The notes below the pieces were generated by a model. The model saw only the letters and a list, made by a program, of their open reading frames with translations. It was not told the DNA's origin and ran no database searches. From NCBI RefSeq assembly GCF_006345805.1, contig NC_043007.1:39432001-39496000 (forward strand): a stretch of 64,000 nt of DNA, read 5' to 3'. The position numbers were made by a program, and so were the translations under genes. Positions 49,017 to 63,209 of this stretch are shown piece by piece (within the stretch, counting starts at the first letter, position 1; each line of letters starts with the position of its first letter). This DNA comes from Octopus sinensis (lineage: Eukaryota).

Positions 49017-49412
49017 GTATATATATATATATATATATATGGGTATTTTGGTTGGGAACCTATTCTAAGAGGAATTCACTGATCAATTATCCACTGAGCA
49101 GAATACAAAGGAACAATCTACTGGAATCCAGTGCTACCACGCTTAATTATTCAAACTGGTCTTTCCATAAGTCACAGGATACGTTTTTCATGCAACTGTA
49201 AATGCTGTTCACACTGCTATAGCTCAATAGTCTTATTCCCGTCTGGCTGTAAAAGTCTGCTTGCCTATAAAGATCAGAGATCTCTGTAAGGAATTTAAAA
49301 AGTGGTTTTTGTGTATGTATGTTATGTAAGGTTTCATAAAGAATACTCAGAGCAATTGAGCGATGTAAGCGCTAGAATACGGTACAGAAACCAAGCACAC
49401 ACACACACTGTG

Positions 49413-50190
49413 CGGCAAGCTGGCAGAAACGTTAGCGCGCCGGACGAAATGCTTAGCGGTATTTCGTCTGCCGTTACGTTCTGAGTTCAAATTCCGCCGA
49501 GGTTGACTTTGCCTTTCATCCTTTCGGGGTTGATAAATTTAGTACCACTTACGCACTGGGGTCGATGTAATCGACTTAATCCCTTTGTCTGTCTTTGTTT
49601 GTCCCCTCTATGTTTAGCCCCCTGTGGGTAGTAAGGAAATAGGTATTCGTCTATCTTTACGTTCTGAGTTCAAATTCCGCCGAGGTTGACTTTGCCTTTC
49701 ATCTTTCGGGGCGATAAATAAGTACCAGTTACGCACTGGGGTCGATGTAATCGACTTACCCCTTTGTCTGTCCTTGTTGCCCCCTCTATGTTTAGCCCGC
49801 CCCCTTGGGTAGTAAGAAATAGGTATTTCGTCTGCCGTTACGTTCTGAGTTCAAATTCCGCCGAGGTTGACTTTGCCTTTCATCCTTTCGGGGTTGATAA
49901 ATTAAGTACCAGTTACGCACTGGGGTCGATGTAATCGACTTAATCCCTTTGTCTGTCCTTGTTTGTCCCCTCTATGTTTAGCCCCCTTGTGGGTAGTAAA
50001 GAAATAGGTATTTCGTCTGCCGTTACGTTCTGAGTTCAAATTCCGCCGAGGTTGACTTTGCCTTTCATCCTTTCGGGGTTGATAAATTTAGTACCAGTGA
50101 CGCACTGGGGTCGATGTAATTGACTTAATCCCTTTGTTTGTCCTTGTTTGTCCCCTCTATGTTTAGCCCCTTATGGGCAATAAAGAAATA
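49413..50190 (+). mobile_element. SINE family B tetramer with 10-bp TSD
   Basis: Unit starts at 49458, 49642, 49822 and 50007; acacactgtg at 49403-49412 and 50191-50200. Confidence 0.92.
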
Positions 50191-50494
50191 ACACACTGTG
50201 ACTGAGTGAGAGCCATAATAATTTATCATTTTATCTACATCAAGAAGTACACAATATGGACAATGCGGCGGGTAATATCAAATTCGAAATTAGTTACAAG
50301 TTGCACCAGGGTAGGTAATGTGAAATCGATTGCTGTACTGTTTAGCTCCAAGTCAACATTGATTGAATAGACCTATGCTCAAAGACATTCCAGCCATGAG
50401 CATCCTGTTCTGTTTTTACTCTATATGATGGAAAACTGGATCACCATGCAAATTACCAAGCAAAAAGAATCAGAACATGTAGTTTCCTTTTTAG

Positions 50495-50704
50495 TTCCTT
50501 TCGTTACTGTATTTATTTTGAGATGCTCTGTTTCTTTCGATATAACAAAGAATTAAGTAAAATAACTTGGTTATCATTAAGCTAGTGTTAAGAACATAAA
50601 TTGTGACTAAGGTTTCGTGGAAGATTTAAATTAAAAACTTATGAAAACAGGACATTTGTACTACAAAGCCAGAGCCGGTTTCAGCTGGGTTGGTATCAAA
50701 AGGG
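50495..50704. mobile_element. Possible piggyBac-type MITE
   Basis: Right end ...ggtatcaaaaggg|TTAA, left end TTAG|ttcctttcgttac; the left terminus is degenerate. Confidence 0.4.
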
Positions 50705-50773
50705 TTAATGTCTGCCATCACTTTTTTTTTAGTGTAGTAGGGTAGAATTGTCCTCTCTTCTTTGACTAAACAG

Positions 50774-50863
50774 TAAAACGAAAAACAAAGAAAAAGATAC
50801 CAAAGGGTCAGATGATGTTAGACCAGGTGATGAAAGAAATCTTCAAGCCATTATCTATATCAG
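50774..50863 (+). other. Candidate 90-nt coding exon of an unidentified gene
   Basis: Acceptor tcctctcttctttgactaaacag, donor CAG|gttagt, open phase-2 frame KTKNKEKDTKGSDDVRPGDERNLQAIIYI; no homology recognised. Confidence 0.35.
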
Positions 50864-50876
50864 GTTAGTTCCAATA

Positions 50877-51087
50877 AGGCAGCGAGCTGGCAGACACGTT
50901 AGCGCGCCGGGCGAAATGCTTAGCGGTATCTCGTCTGTTGTTACGTTCTGAGTTCAAATTCCACCGAGGTCGACTTTGCCTTTCATCCTTTCGGGGACGA
51001 TAAATAAAGTACCAGTTTCGCACTGGGGTGGATGTAATCGACTTAATCCCTTTGTCTGTCCTTGTTTGTCCCCTCTATGTTTAGCAT
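50877..51087 (+). mobile_element. SINE family B monomer, 3'-truncated
   Basis: ggcagcgagctggcagacacg...ccctctatgtttagc. Confidence 0.9.
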
Positions 51088-52425
51088 TAGTCTTATCTCT
51101 ATCATTGCAGGGCAGTCACTGTGATTAATACCATGTTGGGGTACCCAGAATAGGGTACTGCTAACCAGCTCCTCTTTAATTCAGCAGTGTCCAGCAAAGC
51201 AATTTCTTTTCTAAGATTTTATGTACAATTTTTCTGTATTAGGGAATGTTCTTTCTGAGATATATTCAGAACTATATGAACTGTGCACTCAATACATCCA
51301 GCATAGTTTCAAGCTTTTCCAAGTGAAAGAACCTTAAGGCAACACTGATTCAACCACTGTCCAGAAGAGGTCCTTTCTCAAATTCTCACAGAACACAGAT
51401 GTTAATATTATGCTGAGTTTCAAGAGTAAGTCATTTATAAAGATTAAAAACTAGAGAAAAATAGTAGAAATAAAAAGAATAATAATAAACTCACAAAAAC
51501 AAGCAAGAAATAGTTTTATAATTTATTTAGATTTCTGAAAGGTATTTTTATAAATTAAAACTTCAAGATTTAAAAACATACACAGCAAGGGGAAAATCTT
51601 TTGTTTGTATATTTATTTAGTTCTGTATTTCTTTTTTCTCTTTTTTTTTTGTTTCAGATTTTATTTATTTTTCTTTTTTGTGATATTATTATATTTGTTC
51701 TTGTTATTATCATTATTATTAGTATTATTATTATTATTAAACATTTTTTCTTCTTTCCTTTTTTTTTTATTTCAGAAATTCTTCAACATGTCTCATAGAA
51801 AGGTGGTGGAACCAGCTATCATAATGGGTAGATATACAGTTATGTACATACATATATGCATATGCAGAATATATATATATACATACGTATATATGTATAC
51901 ATATATATATATATATATATACATATATATATGGATATACATATATGTATACGCATATATATATATATATACAGACGCACACATATATATATACAATTGT
52001 AAAGATAGATAGTTACATGTACAGATGGAACCAAGTTAGAGACGGTACCAAATATTTTTATACACTCATTCATATATACATATTATGTATGTGTATGTAT
52101 ATGTATATGCATATATATGTATGTATGTATTTATATATACATATTATGTATGTGCGTGTATATGTATATATATGTATGTATATATATATATATATATATA
52201 CACATACATATATACATATATATATATGTAACAAAAACCAAAAAATGTGAGGTTTTTAGCATGTTTATGAGTCATTTATTTCAAAGTAAATAAATATGCT
52301 GTGAGAGGTTTCTACTGTATATATTTCTTTTCATTCAGATAGTATATATCCTTTACTTCATACACACACGTGTGTTTTTGTTATATGTGTCATTATGCAT
52401 GTATGTGCCTGTGTATACTGTGTAT

Positions 52426-52468
<43 letters not shown>

Positions 52469-52771
52469 TATATATAACACACATATACATTTATATATAT
52501 ATATATTTATATATGCATATATACATATATATGTATACATATATATATATATACACACACACACACATAATATTATATGCATGTTTATTTGTGTAGATTT
52601 TCGAGGAAACTCTATTAATAAAAAAAAATATAACACAGAAAGATTGTATGATGAAGAGGGACGGGCAGTTGAAACAAAAATCATGTCTATTTATGTATGT
52701 ATGTATATACATACACATATATATACATATATACACCATATATATATATCACACACACAATATGCACACAT

Positions 52772-52809
<38 letters not shown>

Positions 52810-53138
52810 GTGATATTATTATACCATATGTATTTATACTGATCGTATGAATATATATGTATTTTGCACACATATGCAAATGAATATAAACATATACATA
52901 CAGGTGTTCACGTATATAATGTCACATATAAAAACCATTGAACCCACCATGAAGCTGAAGGGTCACTCAATACTTTTCCATAGAATACCATATTTGAATA
53001 TTTTAAGGAAAAGTTTGCTCATGATAGTGACTTCGAAGGTTTCATTTATCTGCCATCATATGTACATGCATGTATGTGTATGTTTGTATATATTTACATA
53101 TAAATATATATATATAAATGTATGTATATATATACAAA

Positions 53139-53171
<33 letters not shown>

Positions 53172-53584
53172 GCATGTGAGTGTATATACATAAATATATA
53201 TGCCTGTGTTTATGTGTATGAGCATATATATGCTCCTATATTTTGACCAGGTATGCAAGGACATGGTCGTACATTGTGTGAAAGGATTTCAGTGAATTAC
53301 TGGTATTGCTCACAGTGATTCAACATTGGAAGTTTTAAGATATGGCTTAAATGTACCCATGCAGTTAGATTACATTTGTTATCTTTTGCATCTTCTCCAC
53401 TGCCCTATATGTACGTATATGAATGTATATATGTATGTATCTATGTATGTAGGTAGGTAGGGTGTAGGTATATGTGTTACATATTATGATAGATGGCTCT
53501 ATAAACAGATAGGGGAGGAAAAAAATGTGAAGCTGTTTAAACTGATATATATATATATATAGTATATAATACACACATACATAC

Positions 53585-53632
<48 letters not shown>

Positions 53633-53684
53633 CACATAGATATATATTTGATATATACATATCTATATATTTTTGATATATTCG

Positions 53685-53720
<36 letters not shown>

Positions 53721-55174
53721 ATATATTATATACATGTACAATATATATATTGCCTATGTATGTAGATATATAATATATATAATATTATACATACATATAT
53801 ATATAATACATACATATAATATATATATATACATATATATATATATGCATAATTATTTATATCATATTTATGTATGCAAATATACATATCAATGATTTAT
53901 TATCCTAAATGTTCTCTTCTGTAATTCTGTAATTATTTAATAAATGTTAATTAGAAATTAGAAACTCTTGTTTTTTTCTAATAAAAAAAAATAGGTAAAA
54001 AAAAAAACAGGTGAAGAAGTCAGTGAAACAGAAATTCAAATGAAGAATTTTTATCGTCGGCGCTCTGTAAAAGGAAAGATGGTCAAAAAGAAAAGTATAT
54101 CTCACAGAAATATTCTTTTCCTCATTTCAAAAAAAAAAAAAATTTGTAAATCAACAAAAGAATGTAAATGAAAAAAAAATTTAATTAATAATAATGAAAA
54201 TAAAATTAAGAAAAATGTTAAAAAAATTATAACATTTTTTCATTTGTAAACTTTTCATATAAAGATATTTTGTGTGGTATGAAATTTGTGTGTAATCTCC
54301 CGTTGTAGTTATATACTGAAGTTATATAATCATGATATAGAAAGATTATATATATATATCCTGTTGTACATAAACATACATATATATATATACATATATA
54401 TATATCCGTGTTTATATATAATATGATTTATGCATTTATGTGTGTGTGTGTGTCGATATATACATATATAAGGATTTCCTTATTAATGTAAATATATGCA
54501 AATTTATACATACAACTATATATATATATGTATAAAGCATGTGTGTAGACATGTATATACATTACACACACACATACGACACACCTATACATTTCGATAG
54601 AGATGCTTTGTGTGTAAATGATGTCAAGTGGAGAAGGGATAAGGGGAAGAGAGGTCAAAGTCCAAACTATGCAAACAGACAAACAAAACAAAACAAATGT
54701 AAACAAACAAAAAAGTATTTGTGAAACAAAAAAAATAATAATTTCAATAATAATAATAATATATATATATTATATACATATATTTCTGGTCACACATATA
54801 GAATCAATGTCAGGGCGGGTGACTTATGTTTGTTACTGGAGTGTAGAATAGGTTATGTTAGTTATATGTATACAGATGAAGTTTAATCTGTCCTGTTGCA
54901 CTTAACAACTGACTGATTCTTTTATAGAAATGGTAAGGTAAACCAGTTCAAAGAAAAATATATTCATGTATGTTATTTGAGAGGGAGAAAGAGAGAGAGA
55001 GAGAAAGGGAGAGAGACATGGGATTAACAGGCACTCTGTAATGTCATTTGTAATGCAGGACTACCAAGTAAGCAATATACAGATATATATATATATATAT
55101 ACACACATTATATATGATTCAACCCATTAGTTGGGCAGCCTGTTTTTCTGGTGCTTGCAAAGTGAAATATCACG

Positions 55175-55208
<34 letters not shown>

Positions 55209-57310
55209 GTATGTATGTATGCATGTATGTATATCCTACAGCTGCTTTTTTTTATATAAAGTTCTGGAATGTTTGAATTTTTCTTTTTTACTTTGTTATA
55301 TGTTGTTGCTGTTTTTTGTTAATGAAATACTTGCTATCATTGCAATTTTTGTTGTTGTTTCTGGATGTTTTGTTTTTCATTTTGTTTTACAATAGATTCC
55401 TTGAATTATTTTTAAAAAATTAAATCAGAACAACAGCAAATATTAATGGATGGGGAGGGGGAATCAATAATAAATAATATATTTTGTAAAAAAAAAAACA
55501 AAAGGAAAACAGAGTTGTAATTGTTTTAGTAGTAGTAGTAATAGTAGCAGCACCCAACCTGGATTTTAGAAAACGAATAATGGTGATGATAACAATGAGG
55601 ATGGTAGTGGTGGTGGTACTCTTAGTGACAATAATGGTGATAGTGAAATGATGTGGATGGTTAGGGAATTGCGTGTTTGTTTATTTTATATCAGTTGGAA
55701 GGAGTTCACTATTTTAACAGTTTTATTTGGCATTGTTATTGTAATTATTATTATTATTATTATTGTTATTGTTGATGCGATTAAATATTATCTTTAGAAG
55801 CACTATTCATTAGGGGCATACACACACACACAACACATATATATAATGATGGATTTTGCCAATTCACTGCTTGAACATCCATATGTATATATATATATAA
55901 TATAAGAAACAGAAGTGCTCAATATACATTGTAGAGTAGATTTTTTACAAGTTGATGACTTGACTCGTTACATCACTACTCAATTTGTGTTGGTAAAGCA
56001 GCACACAAACACATATATATACATCCATAGATGGTGACAGTTTGAAGAATAAGCCCTCCTTACTAGAAGTAGAATATAAATAATTCAATTTGGCTGTCTA
56101 GAACCAAACTAGCAAAAACTACTGGTTCTAGCAAGATGCAGGATATCTGCATTTTCAATTGACCAATTTGGTTTAAAACACAGTCATAGATATACACATA
56201 TATATGCCTGTATGTATGTGTGTATGTCTGTGTGTGTACATATATATATATATTTATAATATAATGTAATTGATGGAAGCTACATTTTTATTCGAACACT
56301 CATAGGTTGTTAGTACACCTTATGTATGAATCACACAACTATGAGATAATGTCACAAAATAATTCATTGTGATTCTTGTCAATTATATTATAATATACTC
56401 GGTGAACCTGGCATTGAGTGCTCTTGTCTCATACATGACAATCACAAAATTTAAGCTATATACACACATGTGTATATATCTATGTATGGATATTCTATGG
56501 GGTTATTGTGTATGTATATATGCATGTTCTTTGATCATGGGATAGATGGTGGAGAAGTCAGACTAAATATACATTTTGTCATGTATGCTGAGCTTCTGTT
56601 ACAGTCAGCATTTCTGAGTTCAAGTCCTGCTGGAGGTGATTGATCTTCACTCCAGGTGTCACTCACAAATAAATAAATAAATATATAAAGATTCCAATAA
56701 TATACTGGATAGTCAGTGGGATTAAATAGTTTTATATCCTGGTGTTGGATATATTTTAATGAAGCAGGGGAAAAAACTATTCTCATGACGCACTATGATT
56801 ACTATTACACGAGGTTAAGCGCTCTCTGCCGATGGCTCACAGTTCTGTATTTTATAGTAATATGTCAGTCCACTTTTAGTCACATGTGGGTGGCTGAAAT
56901 CTTTTCACAGAAAAGCTTCTACCATGTATACACACACTTCAAAGCAGGTCTTTCTGCCTAGTAAAATGAATCAGTTATGTTAAGCAACTATTTCGACAGT
57001 TGTTCTTGGTATTATTACAAAACCTCAATTCTTTTTGGAAATTCTATGTATGTTAAGGGTTCATTTGGAAAAAGAAGAGTAGTCCCTAAAAGTGCTTTTC
57101 ACTAAGAAGGTACAAGGAAGTGGGTGGCTTATCTTCAGCCTTGAGATCTCAACTACCTAGATCAACCTTGGTTTTTATATTTCTGAGGACAAAGTACTTA
57201 AAGTGCACCTGTCAGGTACTAAGGTCGATATAATTAACTGTACCCTCTCCACAAAATTCCTAGCTTTCTACCCATATTATAATTATTAGTAGTATTGGTA
57301 TAGTATTACT

Positions 57311-57470
57311 AAAGCAGTGAGCTTGCAGAATTGTTAGCATGCTGGACAAAAGGCTTAACATTCCTTCCACCTATACATTCTGAGTTCAAATATTGGCAAG
57401 GTTGATTTGCCTTTTATTTTTCAGGGCTGATAAAATGAGCTCAAGTCGAATACTGGGCCGATGATAGAAA
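57311..57470 (+). mobile_element. SINE family B, CpG-decayed
   Basis: gcagtgagcttgcagaattgttagcatgctggacaaa vs gcggcgagctggcagaatcgttagcacgccgggcgaa; the CpGs in this head segment are converted to TG/CA. Confidence 0.7.
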
Positions 57471-59559
57471 GAATGGCTATTATTATCATAGATTAAGAGA
57501 GTGACACAGATATACAAAGCCCATTATGCCCATCGTGACTACCCATCTGGTAAGTGTACACCAGGCACATGCATCACAACCATATGTGCACGACATGGTG
57601 ATCTCATATCAAGATAAACAGCACATGACCTTGCAAGTGGGGCCCAGTTAGAATTTTCATCAGATAGAGTAGCCCACCCTGCTCAAAAGGTCCCTTGTTT
57701 AAGGATAATGAACAAAATACCCATATTTACAGAGGTGGATTATTCAAACCCCACAGAATTCCTCTCAACACATGGCTATGATGCTCCCCCACTACTTCTG
57801 TTCATGATCAGAGATGCAAATATTGTCAGCCAAGGGATATGCTCATCTAGTTAAGGTTAAACAACTGACAAAGCAAATCTGTGGTATTGAGCAGAATATT
57901 TGCTGTAGCCCATCTTTTTAAACAAAGACAAAACATGTATATGACAACACTTCCAATCAGTTAAGATCAGAAGCCATGAGGGCCAGTGCCTGGTATTGCA
58001 AAAGGGCATTTATTTATTAATATAATTATAATAATTATTATTATTATTACTACTACTACTACTATTATTATTATTATTATTATCATCATATCAACAAAGG
58101 TTTATACATCAGTACAGAAATGCCTAGGGATTTAACAATATGTTCTGCCTCAAATCTCAAAAACCTTCAGGATAGAAACCGAAAATTCTAGTTACTTGCA
58201 ACACCCATAATTGGGGCTTTGTCATACTCTCTCTCTCTCTGTCTCTCGTTCTCTCTCTCTCTCTCCCTATCTCAGTCCCATAAACAGTACACTCATGATT
58301 TGGAGTGAACTTAACATTGGTGCTTTTTATATATTGTTCCGATATTAAAAGGTTGCAAAATATTTCATGCATATGTAGGTCATTATGCTGCCCCTCTCTT
58401 ATATCATGCCAACCCCTGACTGAGCAGGCCCTCAAAAGTCTGTTTTCTGTTTTTACTTTTGCTTTTAGCTCCAGTTCAACAGGAATCAAAAGTATTCCAG
58501 CTGTAACCACTTTGTCTCCTTTAGGTCAAGGGACATGTAATACCTAGGGACTAACTCATCTGTCTGATGCGTCTTTTCCTTCTCTAAGACAACACTGTGT
58601 GATCTGAGGGAGATTTAGTTACTATTACTTATAGCCAGAGTAATGAAGCAAAGATTTGTTTTTAGACATCATATTATTGTCACTATCATCCCTGGTCATT
58701 TCAGCCATAAGTCATCTATTTGTCTACATCTAGAACTAACATTAACCTGTAGTTTGAGCAATCCTTTTTGCCTTCAATATTTTTTTTTTTATGAGCATGA
58801 TTTGGCTGCTATTTCTAGCAGATTTAATGGCTAGAGACATCCTCATTTCTTTGGCATTTATTATTATTATTATTATTGTTGTTATTATTATTATTATTAT
58901 TATTATTACACAAAGCACTAGCCATGGACTGGAGTTGATAGTTTCAACTAAGCCCCACCTCCAAAATTTCAAGAATTACGTTCATGTTGCTGGCATTATG
59001 ATCAGTATTATTATTGCTGTTGTTGTTCAGAATATGGTAGCATGTCCTAACATTCTGAGTTCAATTCCCACTGAAGTCAGTATTGACTTTCATCTCTCGG
59101 CAGGGTTTTATAAAGGCAATACCAGTAATATACTGGTATTCATTTATCATCAGCTGCCAGGTGGATGGGTGGGGTTGTGAAGTGTTAATGAATGTAAAGG
59201 ATTTTCTAGTTACCAATAAAACATTGCCACCCCTCTATACCCATTTAATCAATCCAGTATCCTCCTACCCAACCTACACAACAAGCCACCACCACCACCA
59301 TCACCATGATTAACATCAAATACTTATGCCATGGATCATATTTTAGAGATCACAAGACTTCAAAATTTTCTATTTTACAATATTGTTTGAATTAGTGGAG
59401 GCTTAGAGTCGAGTGGTTATGGCTGTCTCGAGCAAACTACGATTTGTGGGACCCTTAACAAAATTGAATTTTATTTTTTAGTAATGCAGCCCGCCTGATG
59501 ACGAGCCATGTCTTATGCAGCTTGCCCCTTCAAAAAGCCTGCCCATGTCTGGATTAGGG

Positions 59560-59790
59560 TGATGCACTCGTGATTAAAAGATCATGGTTTCAATTGCCAA
59601 CCAGATGGTGCATTGTCTTTATGAGCAAAAAAACAAAAAATTCACTTAATTTCACATTAACCCAGTCCATTGAGCTGTAAATAAGTTCCAACAATATCTG
59701 GGAAGTTAACATTGTGATGGACTGGTGACCTGTCGAGGGAGGAGTCTTGCAATTTCAGTCATTTAAACACCATGGAGATTCATAAGCTCT
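59560..59790 (+). mobile_element. Old SINE remnant with a conserved-type central domain (Deu/Nin- or V-like)
   Basis: gtgatggactggtgacctgtcgaggg...ataagctctgg resembles central domains of widespread SINE superfamilies; from recall, unverified. Confidence 0.4.
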
Positions 59791-60685
59791 GGTCTTACAA
59801 GTCCTAGGGCTTAGGGTTTATGACAGCTAAATCCCAAGTCAATTTAAATTAATCTCCAAGTGCAAAATCCCACCCCACCAAAACACAAAACAAAAAAGTA
59901 GAAAAACATACATTCCCTGCCCGCTGAAACAAAACGAAAAAAAAAAAATCAATAACAAATGGAATGGGTCATTGTTGGAATGTGGTGAGAAGAATTCAAA
60001 AGAAGATTCTAATTTCACATTCTGATACTGCAGGGTGCTGATTGAGGATTTGAGATGTGTTTACTGCTGTCTTAATGCATGAGCACATTGGACAGTTGCC
60101 CGGGGTCATAACAAGTCTAAGGGCTCAATTATGATTGATGTATGCTGTAGCTTGCAGTCAAATAAATAAATATTACAGGGCCCTGTATATTGAACTGACC
60201 AAGGACTTTATGGGTCTAACACCCTAATTCTGATCTATGCATGTTGTGGCTCAGCTGTCAATAAACAAATATTATAGGATCCAATGCATCGATTTGTCCA
60301 GGGACCTATATTGCTACTAAAACAGTCCCAGGTCTGCTTACCTATTCACCTAACAATTATACACACAGGAATGATTCAGTTGTTAAGAAATTCAGTTTGC
60401 AACCATGAGGTCTCAAATTCAATTCCACTGGATGGTATCTTGGGCAAGTAGCTTTGATTTCAGTTATTGGGATTCCTGAAAACTCCTGTGGGTGAGATTA
60501 GGTTGACAGAAATGGTTATTAGGTGAGCCTGAACCAATGACCAAGACCTTTAAAAAATAAGTTAGCTAGATATGTCATGACAAAGCAACCGATTCCCCCT
60601 CAAAATGCCCCCATCAGTAGAACCCTGTTACACTGACACAATATTCAGACAACTGCTGGGTACCCACTGATCATAACATAATAAA

Positions 60686-60726
<41 letters not shown>

Positions 60727-60779
60727 TAACAATGATAATAATAATAATAATTATAAATAACAATAATGATAATTATTTC

Positions 60780-61000
60780 AAATTTTGGCACAGGGCCAAC
60801 AGTTTTTCTTAGCAAAGGGGGAAAAAATCAATTATATCTACCCTAGTACATGACAAGAACTTTATTTCATCAACATCCGAAATGTAGAAAAAATACAAAG
60901 TCAACCTCAGTGGAATTTGAACTCAGAATGTAAAGCACCAGAAGAAGCGTCACTAATCATTTTTCTCTGACATGCAATTGATCCTGCCAGCTTACCACCT
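60780..61000 (-). mobile_element. SINE family B, CpG-decayed
   Basis: caaagtcaacctcagtggaatttgaactcagaatgtaaag...gatcctgccagcttaccacctt. Confidence 0.7.
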
Positions 61001-61303
61001 TAATAACAACAACAATAACAATAATAAATAATAATAATGATGATGATGATAATGATGATGATGTTGAAATCTAGAGACTGATGAAGAAAACAGTAAAAAT
61101 GATGATGATGATGAGGAGGAGAAGGATGGTGGTGGTCGTCATCATGATTTTGATGATGGGTTGATTGACTTTAGAAACCAGTATATTCAGTTAGAAAATT
61201 AGGATGTGTTGCTTGTCTTATGTATATTTTATATTTTTATCGCTTAACATTAACACATATATATATATGTGAGTATACATATATATACGTGAGTATATAA
61301 ATA

Positions 61304-61334
<31 letters not shown>

Positions 61335-63177
61335 TATAAATATATATGTATATTATTGTTATGTTTATTTATTTTAAATATTATATGCAGTCTGTTTGCT
61401 ATGTCATGTCCCCCTTCATCCACACTCCCTTTCGATGACAATTTTCATTATGCTTTGATTCGTAAAATAATTTATATGTGTATATATGTGTATACATACA
61501 TACTTATATACATACATATATATATGTATAGATCGATAAATACACATATATTTGCTGACTATATTAAACTCATGTATTCATACATACAACATATATGTAT
61601 ATGCATATATATATGTAATTATATACATACATATATGTGTGTGTGTGTATCCACTCACAAGTGCACCTTCAGGGACAATTTTGGTTTGCACCTGTGAGAC
61701 ATAAGTCTAGTGAATTCTCAAATTTGTAAGGTAAACTATAGCATTGGTCTATCCGGCATGCGTATCTTATACTGCGAGGGTTATTCTGAGTAGTTTCCAA
61801 CTAGTTACACCAATATCCCATTCCATACCACTGCCAGTCAACAAAGCTAATCAGTCATCACAATCAAATTATGTATCGTTTATTAGATTACATGTTTATG
61901 AATTTTTACAGTGGAAAAGTCTGGCAGTGACCCTGAAAACCAAGCTTGCTTTGCCGTCATCAGAATGCCTGATGAAGGCGAGTAATCTGAAACTTCTCAG
62001 ACACTACCAAGCTTTTTCCTCGTAAAATTTAATGTGTGTGTGTGTGTGTGTGTGCATGTAATGATATTATGCTGTAGTTTATTCATCTAACACATTGAAT
62101 ATGTGTGTGTCGAGAAAAGATATATATTATTTTTTTAACATGCAGATATATATATATATATATGTATACACACACACATATGCACACACACATACACACA
62201 CACATACATTCATGCACACAGAATTATATACATACATGCATGTGTATAAATAGATAGATGGGATATTATTATGCGATATGAATACACATTATTGTATGTA
62301 AAATAAAATTGAATATACATACATACATATATATATATATGTATAAATTTAGATTTTATAGATGTTATATATTTTACAGATACACCTGTACATATACATG
62401 CATTTTTATACATACATACAAGTGTTGTCAAATTATTTTTTCTTATTATATTTACATAACTGAATTAGCATATACATAAATGTATATTTGTGATCAAATT
62501 GGGTTACATAAACTTATTGTTCTTCATGTAGGTTTAATGTATGTCAACATGTATACATTTTTGAAATGATCCATTGTCTTTTGAGTTATCATCGTGATTG
62601 TGGGATGTTGTTTGTATTATACATATATATATATACATATGTATATATATATAATTATTTATAGAGGAAATGATATATGAATATGCTTATGTGTATGCGT
62701 GTGAGCAGATACACACATATGCACTTAAATCAGTTAATACACCCAACGTGGTCGGCCCTGCTTCGTTCACATGGTTCCATATATATATACATATATATAT
62801 ATATCAAAAAGTCTGTGATATGAAAGAAAAAAAAAATTGGTCCATATATATCTTAGCATGTGACTGACTTTGGACATCAGTTTGCTTATCTTTTGAGCAG
62901 TTCCGTTATATTTATATTTATTCCTTATTTTTTTTAATTTTAGGTTAATTTTTGCTTCATTCATTTCTATTATATATATATATTATATCATATATATATA
63001 TAAATATACATAATTTTTCTATTTCTGAAGAATTTCTAATAAGAAATGCCTTACATGTCTTATCTAACATGTAAATCTTTGTAATTCCTATTAGCAAATG
63101 AAACATGTGTAATGGAGAATAAATAATAACCAAAAAATTTCCACTTTCCTGTTTTTTTATATATATATATATATAAT

Positions 63178-63209
<32 letters not shown>

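Noticed and set aside
51380-51450. Minus-strand FLIFINDL resembling a LINE RT motif
   Set aside because: No upstream QG..LGP or downstream YADD; the frame stops soon after.
50256-53415. Alternative genetic code (TAA/TAG read as Gln) or contaminant DNA to explain in-frame stops
   Set aside because: TGA stops also occur, the segments are interleaved with host SINEs, and other frames fit equally well.
57520-57990. Probable interspersed repeat
   Set aside because: Only a vague recollection; no second copy, termini or motif in this window.
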